From Anaerolineales bacterium (lineage in GTDB: Bacteria > Chloroflexota > Anaerolineae > Anaerolineales > UBA4823), in the NCBI GenBank assembly GCA_034434515.1, contig DAOTZA010000139.1, forward strand, positions 1,204 through 65,203: a stretch of DNA of 64,000 nt, read 5' to 3'. Below are positions 8,959 to 18,283 of the stretch, piece by piece. The position numbers were made by a program, and so were the translations under genes. Every line of letters starts with the position of its first letter. The stretch's first letter is position 1. Under the pieces are notes generated by a model that worked only from the letters and a program-made list of their open reading frames with translations, made no database searches and was not told the DNA's origin.

Positions 8959-9109
8959 TGCTACCGTTTTTTCTCCACCCTAAGGATACCCAGACCTGTT
9001 CGATTTTGCAGTAAACGAGAGATGAAGGGTAACTAAATATCGCGTAAAAAATCCCGAAATAGCCTCAAGATTTCCATCGCATTGTCGATGGGATAAGAAT
9101 CGCCTGCAC

Positions 9110-9502
9110 TCAATGAACGAGAACCGCTTTGAGACGGGCAATCAGCGTTTCAGTGTCAAAGGGTTTGACCAGAAAATCATCTGCTCCACGGTCGACAGCT
9201 TGTTGCACCACCTCTCGCACTCCCAAAGCCGAGATGACCAGAATGCGCGGCCGATGACCATTCAGGGGATGATCGCGCAGGTGTTGCAGAATCTGTAAGC
9301 CGTTCATCTGAGGTAATAAGATGTCCAAGACGATCAGGCTTGGGGAGTGTTCCTTGATCATCTCGAGGGCTTTAGCTCCATCCGAAGCCAGTTGGATGTC
9401 GAACGGTGGAGAAAAATGTTGTCGCAAAGCAAGTTCCAGAAGGTCTCGCATCAGCGGGTCATCTTCGACAATCAAGAGAATGGGATTCCGGGATTGGGAC
9501 AT
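9110..9502 (-). CDS. Single-domain response regulator receiver (CheY-like)
   Basis: 130 aa. It has an acidic pocket (VEDDP), a phospho-acceptor context (LIVLDILLPQMNG), ISALG and VKPF. No output domain is present. Confidence 0.9.
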   Translation of the reverse strand: MSQSRNPILLIVEDDPLMRDLLELALRQHFSPPFDIQLASDGAKALEMIKEHSPSLIVLDILLPQMNGLQILQHLRDHPLNGHRPRILVISALGVREVVQQAVDRGADDFLVKPFDTETLIARLKAVLVH

Positions 9503-9510
9503 CGTTCTCC

Positions 9511-10389
9511 TTACAAAGGTAACTGTAGCCGATCCTGATAGGCGAATAAGCCTTCTTTCAGTCGCTCGGCAAGCGGAGCAATTTTTTCCGGAGTCAGTTT
9601 GAGGATTTCCATGGTGAGTGGATGGATGATTTTGCCTGCCAGTACCGGGTCTTCAATTTGATTTTCGGGAGCAAGGGCATTGGCAAGGTTGACCAGAGCC
9701 GCCAAGCGCTGATCGGGAACATCGACGTTGAAAGCGTGATGGTTGCGGATAGCTTCGGTTAATTCACTGGGGAATTGCCAGTGATTGGCAGCTAGTCCCC
9801 CCACGTTTGCGTGATCGATGCCAAACAATTGTTGTTCCACTTGCCACATGGGGAGACGCTGGGCGTGCATGATCTTCACAATTTGATGGTAGTCTGCCAT
9901 CACATACTGATCTAGAACCAGTTTGCCAATGTCATGTAATAAGCCGGCTACATACGCTTTCTCAGGGTCGGGGTAGTGCAAGGCAGTTGCCAACCAGTGA
10001 GCAGAACTCGCCACGACCACGCTGTGATACCAGAGACCTTGATCGCCCAGGCGATAACCACTGAGCCTGGCGCTCAGCGGCCCGGAAGCGATGGTGCTGT
10101 AGGTCAGTGAGCGAATTTGTTTAAAGCCTAAACGCACCACCGCTTCCTGGATGGATGCGCAGGGGATCAGGTAACCCATTGCAGCGGAATTGGCAACTTT
10201 GAGAACGTAGGCTGTTAACGCCTGATCCAGAGCAATCAGTTCGGCTACAGTGCGGGCGGTTGCATGAGGATCATCGAGTTCCTTGAGCAGGCGCGTTGCA
10301 CTAGCTGGCAGTGGGCGCAGACGATTCACACTGCGGATGATCTCATCTAAGCGGCGGCGGGCAGTAACACTTGCTGAACCTGATGGCAT
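9511..10389 (-). CDS. HDOD (HD-related output domain) signalling protein
   Basis: 292 aa. The N-terminus LPASATRLLKELDDPHATARTVAELIALDQALTAYVLKVANSAAMGY and the LLHDIGKLVL motif are typical of HDOD. It starts 15 nt after the fliQ stop and ends 8 nt before the REC gene. Confidence 0.85.
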   Translation of the reverse strand: MPSGSASVTARRRLDEIIRSVNRLRPLPASATRLLKELDDPHATARTVAELIALDQALTAYVLKVANSAAMGYLIPCASIQEAVVRLGFKQIRSLTYSTIASGPLSARLSGYRLGDQGLWYHSVVVASSAHWLATALHYPDPEKAYVAGLLHDIGKLVLDQYVMADYHQIVKIMHAQRLPMWQVEQQLFGIDHANVGGLAANHWQFPSELTEAIRNHHAFNVDVPDQRLAALVNLANALAPENQIEDPVLAGKIIHPLTMEILKLTPEKIAPLAERLKEGLFAYQDRLQLPL

Positions 10390-10404
10390 GGTACGCTCTT
10401 TATC

Positions 10405-10680
10405 TTACCGCGGCAGCTCTGCCAGACTGGTGAAGATCATGATCGTAAAGGAGAGCATTTTTTGTCCCATCCAGGAGCCAAGAATTGCCAGTACCAAACC
10501 AATGCCGACGATTTTCGGGACAAAGGTCAAAGTGGCTTCATGAATTTGGGTAGCAGCCTGGAACAGGCTGACCAGACTACCGACAACCAGACTTACTAAA
10601 AGAATTGGTCCTCCAACAATGAGAACGGTTACCAGAGCGTTTTGGGCAAAACCCATGATGTACGATTCGGTCATAGTCAC
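10405..10680 (-). CDS. fliQ: Flagellar export gate protein FliQ
   Basis: 91 aa with two TM helices. It lies 1 nt downstream of fliP. Confidence 0.9.
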   Translation of the reverse strand: MTMTESYIMGFAQNALVTVLIVGGPILLVSLVVGSLVSLFQAATQIHEATLTFVPKIVGIGLVLAILGSWMGQKMLSFTIMIFTSLAELPR

Positions 10681-10681
10681 C

Positions 10682-11464
10682 TCATTGGAAAAAACTCATC
10701 GAGAGCGAGCGGATAATTAAATACCAACCATCTACCATCACAAAAAGCAGAATTTTGAAGGGGAGAGAAATTAACGAGGGAGGAAGCATCATCATCCCCA
10801 TTGAAAGCAGAATGGATGAAATAACCATATCAATGATCAGGAAAGGAATATAGATGGCAAACCCCATAATAAATGCGGTGCGCAGCTCACTCAAGACAAA
10901 GGCTGGCAATAAGACGACCGTCGGAATGTCGTCAAGCGTGTTTGGCCGCCCTTGATGATTCATCTCCAGGAAGAGCTCAAGGTCTTTTTGGCGGGTTTGC
11001 TTGAACATGAACTCTCGCAGGGGTTGCATGGCATTCCTGAAGGCCGTGGATTGATCGATCTGACCGGCCATATAAGGTTTCAGGGCTTGTTGATCGATTT
11101 GCCCATAAACCGGCGACATGATAAAGAATGTCAAAATCAGTGCTAAACCAACTAAGACCTGGTTTGGTGGAATTTGAGGTGTGCCAATGGCATTTCGCAA
11201 GAGGGATAGCACGATGATGATGCGGGCAAAGGAAGTCGTCATCACCAGTAGAGACGGGGCAAGGGATAAGATGGTGATGAGGATGAGCAATTGTACCCCA
11301 GAACTAACCTGTTTGGGTTGTCCGGCTGGTTCAACCGTCAGGGTAAGTCCCGGCGCTGACCATTGCGACTCGGCTGAACACCCAGCCAGGAAGATTGAGG
11401 CAAGCGCTAAACCAATCAACAACATGAAGAGGGTTTTTGACTTTGAGCGAGCGGTCGTGTTCAT
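10682..11464 (-). CDS. fliP: Flagellar export gate protein FliP
   Basis: 260 aa. It has a signal-like N-terminus and conserved FliP segments (TSFARIIIVLSLLRNAIGT, GFAIYIPFLIIDMVISSILLSMGMMMLPP). Confidence 0.95.
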   Translation of the reverse strand: MNTTARSKSKTLFMLLIGLALASIFLAGCSAESQWSAPGLTLTVEPAGQPKQVSSGVQLLILITILSLAPSLLVMTTSFARIIIVLSLLRNAIGTPQIPPNQVLVGLALILTFFIMSPVYGQIDQQALKPYMAGQIDQSTAFRNAMQPLREFMFKQTRQKDLELFLEMNHQGRPNTLDDIPTVVLLPAFVLSELRTAFIMGFAIYIPFLIIDMVISSILLSMGMMMLPPSLISLPFKILLFVMVDGWYLIIRSLSMSFFQ

Positions 11465-11841
11465 GGCTTGGTTTTAACTTTGTTCAAACTTCGTAGGAAG
11501 AAGGTTGCAAAATCTGGCACGGGCAGAGACGGGGCGGGGAAGCCATCGCTTTTCTCAGGCAGGAAAACAGGGCTTTCCAACTGACTGAGCAATTGGATGT
11601 TGTGATCGGTTGCCCCAATCAGATAAGTTTGGTCGCCCACCTTGACCAGATGCAGGGCGCGATGCGGAGAAAGGTGGGTGGTCTCCAGGACTTGAATCTG
11701 TTTTTTGTAGAGAGGATGTCCGCTGTTCTGCCTGCGGCGCAGATAGATTGCCCCGCTGTAGATTAACAACAGCACCACCCCCAATTTCACAAATACATTC
11801 AACAATAAGGCAGAGGTAGAAACGGCCTCAGCGGTGATCAT
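11461..11841 (-). CDS. fliO: Flagellar biosynthesis protein FliO/FliZ
   Basis: 126 aa with a single N-terminal TM helix. Its stop overlaps the fliP start and its start overlaps the fliN stop, which is the canonical fliN-fliO-fliP position. Confidence 0.7.
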   Translation of the reverse strand: MITAEAVSTSALLLNVFVKLGVVLLLIYSGAIYLRRRQNSGHPLYKKQIQVLETTHLSPHRALHLVKVGDQTYLIGATDHNIQLLSQLESPVFLPEKSDGFPAPSLPVPDFATFFLRSLNKVKTKP

Positions 11842-12230
11842 AATGCTGCCTCAACGCTTTCGCGCATTGGTGAGACCAGTTCGGTGATGCGCACGCCAAA
11901 TTTATCGTCTACGACCACCACCTCACCTTTGGCGATCAAGTGATCATTAACAAACACATCCACCGCATCCCCGGCAATGCGGTCTAACTCGACCACTGAG
12001 CCTTTCTGCAGATCGAGGACTTGACGAACGGTTAGCTCTGTTCTGCCTAGCTCAACCGTTAGCTGGAGGATGACATCCATGAGCATATCCAACGAGGCTG
12101 CTTCGCCAGCTTTGGGACTCGGCGGTGGCTGAGGAGGACGCAGTCCTGTATGTGAAGGGGCTGGTTCTTGAAGCATTTCGCCAGAGGTAGGTTCTTGTTC
12201 CATTTCGATTTCTAAGGTTTCATCGCTCAT
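11838..12230 (-). CDS. fliN: Flagellar motor switch protein FliN
   Basis: 130 aa with a C-terminal SpoA/FliN domain (VRQVLDLQKGSVVELDRIAGDAVDVFVNDHLIAKGEVVVVDDKFGVRITE). Confidence 0.9.
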   Translation of the reverse strand: MSDETLEIEMEQEPTSGEMLQEPAPSHTGLRPPQPPPSPKAGEAASLDMLMDVILQLTVELGRTELTVRQVLDLQKGSVVELDRIAGDAVDVFVNDHLIAKGEVVVVDDKFGVRITELVSPMRESVEAAL

Positions 12231-12250
12231 CGTTCACCTCTTCTTTGCCA

Positions 12251-13279
12251 TTAGTAGTTGCCGTTGTTTAAAATCTTTTCGGTAATTTGGACCGCGTAAT
12301 TTTTCCCGGATTTGCCAATCTTTCCCAAGAAACATTTTTTGTTCGAAATCTGAATCACAACATCCTGATTGATAGAAGTATCCAGGGTGATGACATCCCC
12401 AACCTTGAGCTTCATCAGTTCGCCAAAAGTGCGCCTGGCGTTCCCCAGAAACACCCGGGTGGTCAGGCGCACGACAGTGAGATTTTCAATGTTCTTGCGC
12501 CGGGCGTCGGGGTCAACTTGTTTTTCCTTGCGCCCGGTGAACCAGATGTGCGGTTTGAGGATATTGGCAATTGGCTTGAGCATAGGGAAGGGAATATAAA
12601 TGTTCATCAAACCGCTGACGTTATTTAAGTTCAGCTCAAAAGCGACCAGCATCACGCGTTCGTTGCCCATCACCATTTGCACCCAATGCTGGTTGGTGGT
12701 GCTATCTTCGAGACTGGGTTCAATCGCCACCACCTTACTCCAGGCAGCCTTGATGTCGTTCAACATGTGTTCGATCAGCGCTCGCAGGAGAAACTGATCA
12801 ATTTCGGTCAGGACACGCACTTTCCCACCCCGTGAGCTTTGCCCCCCGAGGCGCTGTTCGAGGATGGTATAGCTGATTTCCGGGCTGATGGTCATCACCA
12901 TCTGTCCCGGCAAAGGTGCTAAGGTGATCATATGGAACAGCGATCCAGCCGGTAGATCTTTTAGAAAATCATGAAAGCGTCCTTGTTCCGTGTGGACCAC
13001 CCGCGGGCGCATGTTGCTGCGCACAAAAGTAGGCAGGGAACTGGTTAACCTCTCGGCTAAGTCTTCATGCACCAGTTCCACCGCCCGCATCTGGTCTTTC
13101 GAGAAATGGTCGGGAGACCAGAAGTTGTATGGACGCACCTGCTTTTCCGAGACGGCTTTTGCGGCTTTGCCAGTTTGCTGTTCCATCAATTCCGCAAGGT
13201 TAACGCTGCCCTCAGAGGCGGATTGCTCGATTTCAATAGCTCCGGCAAGTAAGGCGTCTATTTCGGCTTGCGATAACAT
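12251..13279 (-). CDS. fliM: Flagellar motor switch protein FliM
   Basis: 342 aa. The N-terminal MLSQAEIDALL corresponds to the CheY-P docking peptide (LSQAEIDALL in E. coli FliM, from memory). A C-terminal SpoA-like domain is present. Confidence 0.95.
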   Translation of the reverse strand: MLSQAEIDALLAGAIEIEQSASEGSVNLAELMEQQTGKAAKAVSEKQVRPYNFWSPDHFSKDQMRAVELVHEDLAERLTSSLPTFVRSNMRPRVVHTEQGRFHDFLKDLPAGSLFHMITLAPLPGQMVMTISPEISYTILEQRLGGQSSRGGKVRVLTEIDQFLLRALIEHMLNDIKAAWSKVVAIEPSLEDSTTNQHWVQMVMGNERVMLVAFELNLNNVSGLMNIYIPFPMLKPIANILKPHIWFTGRKEKQVDPDARRKNIENLTVVRLTTRVFLGNARRTFGELMKLKVGDVITLDTSINQDVVIQISNKKCFLGKIGKSGKNYAVQITEKILNNGNY

Positions 13280-13320
13280 CGTTCAGTCCCTATGATCGCA
13301 GAATGGTCATCAAATAGGAT

Positions 13321-13896
13321 TTATTGCACCACAAACTCGGTGAAATATACAGAAATGACATGGTATTCCGGTATTTGTTGATTGATCAGCTCTTTAATCT
13401 GTTGTCGCAGGTGCTCTTTGCCCTCGGCAGTATATACTTTTTCAAAGGTCTGACTGGCAAAGAGGGTAATCAAAATATCATTAATCACGGGCAGGCGACT
13501 TTCCATCTTCTTATTGAAGGTAGTGACGTAAGCTTTTTGTTCTTCCTCACTCATTTCAAAATACTTCGGGTCAGAGGGGGCGAATTCTAAAACAACTCCG
13601 ACGCGGAGATATTTCCGACCGGTTGGATCAACCAGGTTGACGATCTTGCTGCCTGTATCTACCATTAAACCTTGTCCTGGGGGTATATGGGATAAGTCAA
13701 CCTCCTCGCCTTCACCCTTGCCGGACTCTTCGGTTGCGGCTGACACTTCGCTGGGAACGGCGTAGAGGGGGTAGAAGGGTTTGGGCAGAGTATCAGGAGC
13801 AAAGAAAATGTAAGCGATCGCCAGGTTTGTGACCACGAGAATTGACAAAGCCAGACCGAGTAAAATTTTAGGTAATAAGCCGAGAATGTTTTTCAT
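13321..13896 (-). CDS. fliL: Flagellar basal-body-associated protein FliL
   Basis: 191 aa with a single N-terminal TM helix and a FliL-like C-terminal domain (NLVDPTGRKYLRVGVVLEF...RLPVINDILITLF...REQIKELIN). It lies between motB and fliM. Confidence 0.8.
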   Translation of the reverse strand: MKNILGLLPKILLGLALSILVVTNLAIAYIFFAPDTLPKPFYPLYAVPSEVSAATEESGKGEGEEVDLSHIPPGQGLMVDTGSKIVNLVDPTGRKYLRVGVVLEFAPSDPKYFEMSEEEQKAYVTTFNKKMESRLPVINDILITLFASQTFEKVYTAEGKEHLRQQIKELINQQIPEYHVISVYFTEFVVQ

Positions 13897-13908
13897 GCGC
13901 TTTCTCCC

Positions 13909-14670
13909 TTAGGGTTGTTCTGGAGCAATGCTCAGGTTGAGATTGATCACATCTTGACTGACCGAATACACTACGATGATTTCAGCCCGACTGTTGAGGG
14001 CGCGATGTTGGGGAGTGTCGTTGGGAAAGATGGGTTGGGTGTCCCCTCGCCCGGCGACCAGTATGCGCTTTGGATTGATGCCGCTTTTCTGCAGGTACTC
14101 TGCAATGACCAGCGCCCGCCCCAAAGAAAGCTCCCAGTTGTTTCGATAACGGGGATCTACTGGTGGCGTATTATCGGTGTGCCCGATAATGCGAATTTCG
14201 TTTTCGATGCCTTTGACCATGTCGATGATCGTGTCCAGGACAGGATAGGCGGCTGGATTCAGGTTGGCTGTGCCGGGTTCAAAGATGAGCTGCTCACTGA
14301 GCGAGATCAGCACGCCTTCGATGTTGTTCTGCACACTGACTACCCCTGCCAGATCAGCCGAAGATAACATCTGGGTTAACTGACCGGCAACTTCGGTGTT
14401 GGTAACCGGGGCTTTGGGGATACCGGGAATGACAATGGGGGCAGATTGTTTGTTTTCGTCCACGCCACCCGAACGGTCGATGCCCGGGTCAACAATTCGA
14501 CTGGGTCCGCCGCCAAATGCCACGCTTAAGCTCTCGGCTAATTGCTTATAGCGGATAATATCCAACTGGCTCATCGAATACAGGACGACAAACAGCACCA
14601 TCAAGAGGGTGATGAAGTCGGCGTAGCTCACTAGCCAACGCTCGGAACCGCCGCCACCATGTCCGCTCAT
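13909..14670 (-). CDS. motB: Flagellar stator protein MotB
   Basis: 253 aa. The N-terminal WLVSYADFITLLMVLF segment carries the conserved Asp. The C-terminus is OmpA-like (IIGHTDNTP...NWELSLGRA...NRRAEI-type). It overlaps motA by 4 nt. Confidence 0.9.
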   Translation of the reverse strand: MSGHGGGGSERWLVSYADFITLLMVLFVVLYSMSQLDIIRYKQLAESLSVAFGGGPSRIVDPGIDRSGGVDENKQSAPIVIPGIPKAPVTNTEVAGQLTQMLSSADLAGVVSVQNNIEGVLISLSEQLIFEPGTANLNPAAYPVLDTIIDMVKGIENEIRIIGHTDNTPPVDPRYRNNWELSLGRALVIAEYLQKSGINPKRILVAGRGDTQPIFPNDTPQHRALNSRAEIIVVYSVSQDVINLNLSIAPEQP

Positions 14671-15494
14671 GCTTCAGCCTCCGCTGGTTGTTGGGCGCCC
14701 GCAGGGGCTTTGCCTTTGCCTTTCTGCCCTTCGCCGGCACGTTCTTTGGGCGGTAAGAAGGCGCTCAGTTTTTCTCTGACAATGCGGGGATTTTCGCCGG
14801 CCTGCAAGGATAAAATGCCTTCCAGGATCATATGTCGATAGGCAACTTCCTCTTCACTGTTGGTTCGCAGCTTGCCGCTGATTGGCAACCAGAAGACGTT
14901 TGCCGAGAGAATCCCCCACAGGGTAGCCAGGAAGGCCGCCGCAATCGATTTGCCTAAGGAGCCGGGATCATCCAACTTCTGCAGCACCGAAATCAACCCC
15001 ATCACGGTACCGATAATGCCCATGGTCGGACCGTAACCTCCGGCAGCGCTGAAGAAGTTGATCCCTTGTGCATGGCGTTCCTGCATGTGATGAATCTCAA
15101 TCTCCATGATCGCCCGCACCTGGGAGGGGTCAACGCCATCAACGACCATTTGAACACCTTTACGTAAGAATTCATCCTTGATTTTTTTGGCTTCATCTTC
15201 CAAAGCCAGCAGGCCTTCGCGGCGGGCTTTATCTGCCATCTTGGCGAGCAGTTCGATGGCTTCGATAGGATTGCTCTTGTGTCCTCCTAAAAAGGCATTT
15301 TTGAACCACATTGGGATTGTTCCGAGGGCTTTCATCGGGTAGGAAATCAAGGTTGCCACAAAGGCGCCACCAACCGTTAACAAAATGGCTTGAGGGTGAG
15401 CAAATAATTCGGCGGGTGAACCACCGTCCATGATCATCACCACGGTGATGATGACCATTGCCAAGACCAGACCTAATATTGTTGCAAGATCCAT
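14667..15494 (-). CDS. motA: Flagellar stator protein MotA
   Basis: 275 aa of the MotA/TolQ/ExbB channel family (GTVMGLISVL...AAAFLATLWGILSANVFWLP). It has a G/K/A-rich C-terminal tail. Confidence 0.9.
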   Translation of the reverse strand: MDLATILGLVLAMVIITVVMIMDGGSPAELFAHPQAILLTVGGAFVATLISYPMKALGTIPMWFKNAFLGGHKSNPIEAIELLAKMADKARREGLLALEDEAKKIKDEFLRKGVQMVVDGVDPSQVRAIMEIEIHHMQERHAQGINFFSAAGGYGPTMGIIGTVMGLISVLQKLDDPGSLGKSIAAAFLATLWGILSANVFWLPISGKLRTNSEEEVAYRHMILEGILSLQAGENPRIVREKLSAFLPPKERAGEGQKGKGKAPAGAQQPAEAEA

Positions 15495-15495
15495 C

Positions 15496-15711
15496 TTATT
15501 CTTCTCCGTAGTAAGGTAACTCTAATGCTGGGTTGTGGATTAATCTCTGATACCGGATAAACTCTGAAATGATTTGCGGAACGCTTTCCTTGACAACGAC
15601 CTTTTCGTGGTTAACCAGAGTAATGACCGTGTCGGGCGTTGCCTCTACGGATTGAATCATCTCAGCATTGAGAAAATAGGTTGCACCATTAAGGCGTGTG
15701 ACTTGAATCAT
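15496..15711 (-). CDS. flbD: Flagellar protein FlbD
   Basis: 71 aa, beginning MIQVTRLNGATYFLNAEMIQSVEATPDTVITL, typical of FlbD. It lies 1 nt upstream of motA. Confidence 0.85.
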   Translation of the reverse strand: MIQVTRLNGATYFLNAEMIQSVEATPDTVITLVNHEKVVVKESVPQIISEFIRYQRLIHNPALELPYYGEE

Positions 15712-15847
15712 CGTTTGTGCTTGTGCTTTCTCTATATCTCGTCAATGTCTTCATTGCTCTGTGCTTGAATTTAGCATAGAGTGGCGGGGAAGTGCATAAA
15801 TTGGTCGTGAAGGGTGAGTAAAGAACGCCTAAAAAATGGGTTAGTGC

Positions 15848-17467
15848 TTATGGTGAGCTGGTTTCCCGGGAATTGATCGGCAAAGACACCGTGAAAATTG
15901 TCCCCACACCTACCTGACTGTCGACATGAATGCTACCGCCGTGTTGTTTGAGAATTCGATGAACCAACGATAGACCCAATCCCGTGCCTCTACCCGGCGC
16001 TTTGGTAGTGTAGAAGGGCTCGAAGATACGGTTGAGTTTTTCGGGTGGGATGCCCTTGCCGGTGTCACTCACGATCACCCGCACTTCACTGGATGTGGCG
16101 GAGGTGACAATGCGAATTTCGCGCTCTTCGCTTTGATCGAACGAGTCGATGGCGTTGGCAAGCAAATTCACCCAAACGCCCTGCAAGCGGTCTTGACTTG
16201 CCATAATTTGGGGCAGATTTTCAGCGGGTTCGTAGATCAGCGTGATGGAGCGCGAAACGAGTTCATGTTGCATGAGTGAGATGGCACGGTTTAAGGTTTG
16301 ATTTACGTCGGTGGGTTCAAAGAGATATTCTTCTTTGCGGGCAAGGTCGAGCAAGTTGCGTACTACCTGCGCAGCGCGTTGGCCAGCCCGGGCGATTAGA
16401 TCGACCAGTTCCAGTTTATCGGCATCCTCTTTCAGTTCACGTTGGAGCAATTGGGTATTGGCGATGATGGCGGTCAGCGGGTTGTTGATCTCGTGTGCCA
16501 AACCGGCTGCTAATTGTCCCACTGCGGCTAATTTTTCGGATTGTGCCAGGCTTGCCTCCAAGCGGCGTTTTTCGGTCACGTCCTGCTCGAAGAGGATCGC
16601 CTGGGTGACTTGATTGGCATCATCATAGATCGGATAAGTGCTGATCTCCCACTCCTGAACTTGATCGTCCTTTTGCCATTCGCGCTTGGTGCGCGTGGTG
16701 GTTTTGCCGCCAAAAAGCGATTCGATCACCTTACAATCAGGGCAGATGTCATCATAATTGTACAAAGCTTCGTAGCAACGTCTGCCTACCAGTTCATTTG
16801 GGGGGATGTTAATGCGTTTGGCGCGATCCATGTTGACGGCAATCAGGTTGTACTTCTTGTCAACGATATACATCGATACAGGGATGCTATCAAAAAGGGC
16901 GCGTAAAATATTGCGCGAGCGCAAGAGTTGCCACTGGTTGACCTCTAAGGTGGCGTTGTCGATTTTCAGTTGGTTGAGCTGGCGCTGCTGGGAAATGGAC
17001 TTGGCGAGAATCATCGCCAGCCTGCTAAGCTGTTCCTGATCTGGTTCGGTAAATTGCTCTTTGGGCACATTAAAGAGGGCAATTGCTCCAAGCAATTCCT
17101 CATCCCAGGTTAAGGGCTGGATGTATAAAGTGTCTAAGGGGAGTTCATCTGCCTGAAACCAACTCGGAAGTCGAGAGTGAGTAGGCGCAAAACCGGCCTC
17201 CTGGCTCAGAAGCTGTTTGGCGATGGGATAAGCCTGCCAGTTCGTCTCTGTCCAAAATCGCCAGGTTGGTTTAGCTTCGGGGGATGTTTTCAGTGTTTGT
17301 TCCAAACCGTTGGGACGAATCAGTAGAAGAGCACCTCCATCCGCCCGAAATGCCTGACAAAGGCTTTCGATAAAATCTTCCTGTAGCGAAGCAACTTCGA
17401 TGTTTTCCTGGCAAATATAGGTGAGCAGATTGAAGAGCGTAGCCTGGCGTTGAAGTTGCGGAGTCAT
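15848..17467 (-). CDS. Sensor histidine kinase (N-terminal GAF-like region, Cys-containing PAS, HisKA, intact HATPase)
   Basis: 539 aa. Motifs: H-box GLAHEINNPLT, N-box VNLLANAIDS, G1 DTGKGIPPE, G2 GRGTGLGLSL. The PAS region contains CYEALYNYDDICPDC. Confidence 0.9.
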   Translation of the reverse strand: MTPQLQRQATLFNLLTYICQENIEVASLQEDFIESLCQAFRADGGALLLIRPNGLEQTLKTSPEAKPTWRFWTETNWQAYPIAKQLLSQEAGFAPTHSRLPSWFQADELPLDTLYIQPLTWDEELLGAIALFNVPKEQFTEPDQEQLSRLAMILAKSISQQRQLNQLKIDNATLEVNQWQLLRSRNILRALFDSIPVSMYIVDKKYNLIAVNMDRAKRINIPPNELVGRRCYEALYNYDDICPDCKVIESLFGGKTTTRTKREWQKDDQVQEWEISTYPIYDDANQVTQAILFEQDVTEKRRLEASLAQSEKLAAVGQLAAGLAHEINNPLTAIIANTQLLQRELKEDADKLELVDLIARAGQRAAQVVRNLLDLARKEEYLFEPTDVNQTLNRAISLMQHELVSRSITLIYEPAENLPQIMASQDRLQGVWVNLLANAIDSFDQSEEREIRIVTSATSSEVRVIVSDTGKGIPPEKLNRIFEPFYTTKAPGRGTGLGLSLVHRILKQHGGSIHVDSQVGVGTIFTVSLPINSRETSSP

Positions 17468-18277
17468 CTAATTCTCGTCGCTTGGATTGATGGTGTAGCC
17501 GTAACCGGGCACTGTGCGGATAAATTTGGGTTGGGAAGGGTCTTCCTCAATCCGTTCGCGCAAGTTTTTGATATGCACGCGGACTAAGTCTGGACTGCCA
17601 GCATCGGAAGGATAATCCCACACTTCGTCGAGTAAACGGGCTGGCGAAAAGATTTGACCTGGATGGCTCATGAGATGATAGAGTAAGTCGTACTGAACTG
17701 GGGTCAGGCGCAGCCGACCTTTATGCGGCGTGTAGATTTCGTAAGAACGGGTGTCCAGCACATATTCACCCACGATCAGGCAATGTTCCGCTTCAATCGC
17801 TTTATTTTCAGCGCTGATCTTCTGCAGGATAGATTGAACGCTGGGGGGGAGAACCTCGTTTTTCTTGACCTGGTTATCGGGAGCAAGGATAGTGCGGGAG
17901 CGTTGGCTGCGGCGAAGAATGGCGCGGACGCGCAAGATCAACTCGTCGATATTAAAGGGCTTGCTCAGGTAGTCATCAGCGCCGGCATTGAAACCGGCGA
18001 TTTTATCTTCGTCCTTAATTTTGGCCGTCAGGAACAAAATCGGCACATCTTGCAAGGCGGGATCGGCGCGCATCTCGCGGCAGACCGTGTAACCGTCCAT
18101 GCCCGGCATGACGACGTCAAGGATCACAATGTCGGGAATGATTTTGCGGGCAATTTTCAGCCCCTCGATACCGCTGTTGGCAACGGTGATCTTAAATTCC
18201 TCCCCCCGTAGGCTGCGCTCAATGGTGCGGGCGACAATCTCATCGTCTTCGATAACCAGTACATTTTTTGCGCTCAT
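17468..18277 (-). CDS. OmpR/PhoB-type response regulator with an unusually long inter-domain linker
   Basis: 269 aa. The REC domain has VIEDDE, ILDVVMPGMDG and SKPF. The winged-helix output has LTPVQYDLLYHLMSHPGQIFSPARLLDEVW...VHIKNLRERIE. A linker of about 45 aa joins the two domains. Confidence 0.9.
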   Translation of the reverse strand: MSAKNVLVIEDDEIVARTIERSLRGEEFKITVANSGIEGLKIARKIIPDIVILDVVMPGMDGYTVCREMRADPALQDVPILFLTAKIKDEDKIAGFNAGADDYLSKPFNIDELILRVRAILRRSQRSRTILAPDNQVKKNEVLPPSVQSILQKISAENKAIEAEHCLIVGEYVLDTRSYEIYTPHKGRLRLTPVQYDLLYHLMSHPGQIFSPARLLDEVWDYPSDAGSPDLVRVHIKNLRERIEEDPSQPKFIRTVPGYGYTINPSDEN

Positions 18278-18283
18278 CCTTAT

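Noticed and set aside
8959-9109. A terminator or sigma-28 promoter in the 151-nt gap before fliR
   Set aside because: I found only weak hairpins (CCATCG-N6-CGATGG without a U-tract, and GAAAT-N9-ATTTC followed by GGGATTTTTT). There is no TAAA-N15-GCCGATAA match. The evidence is too weak to call either feature.
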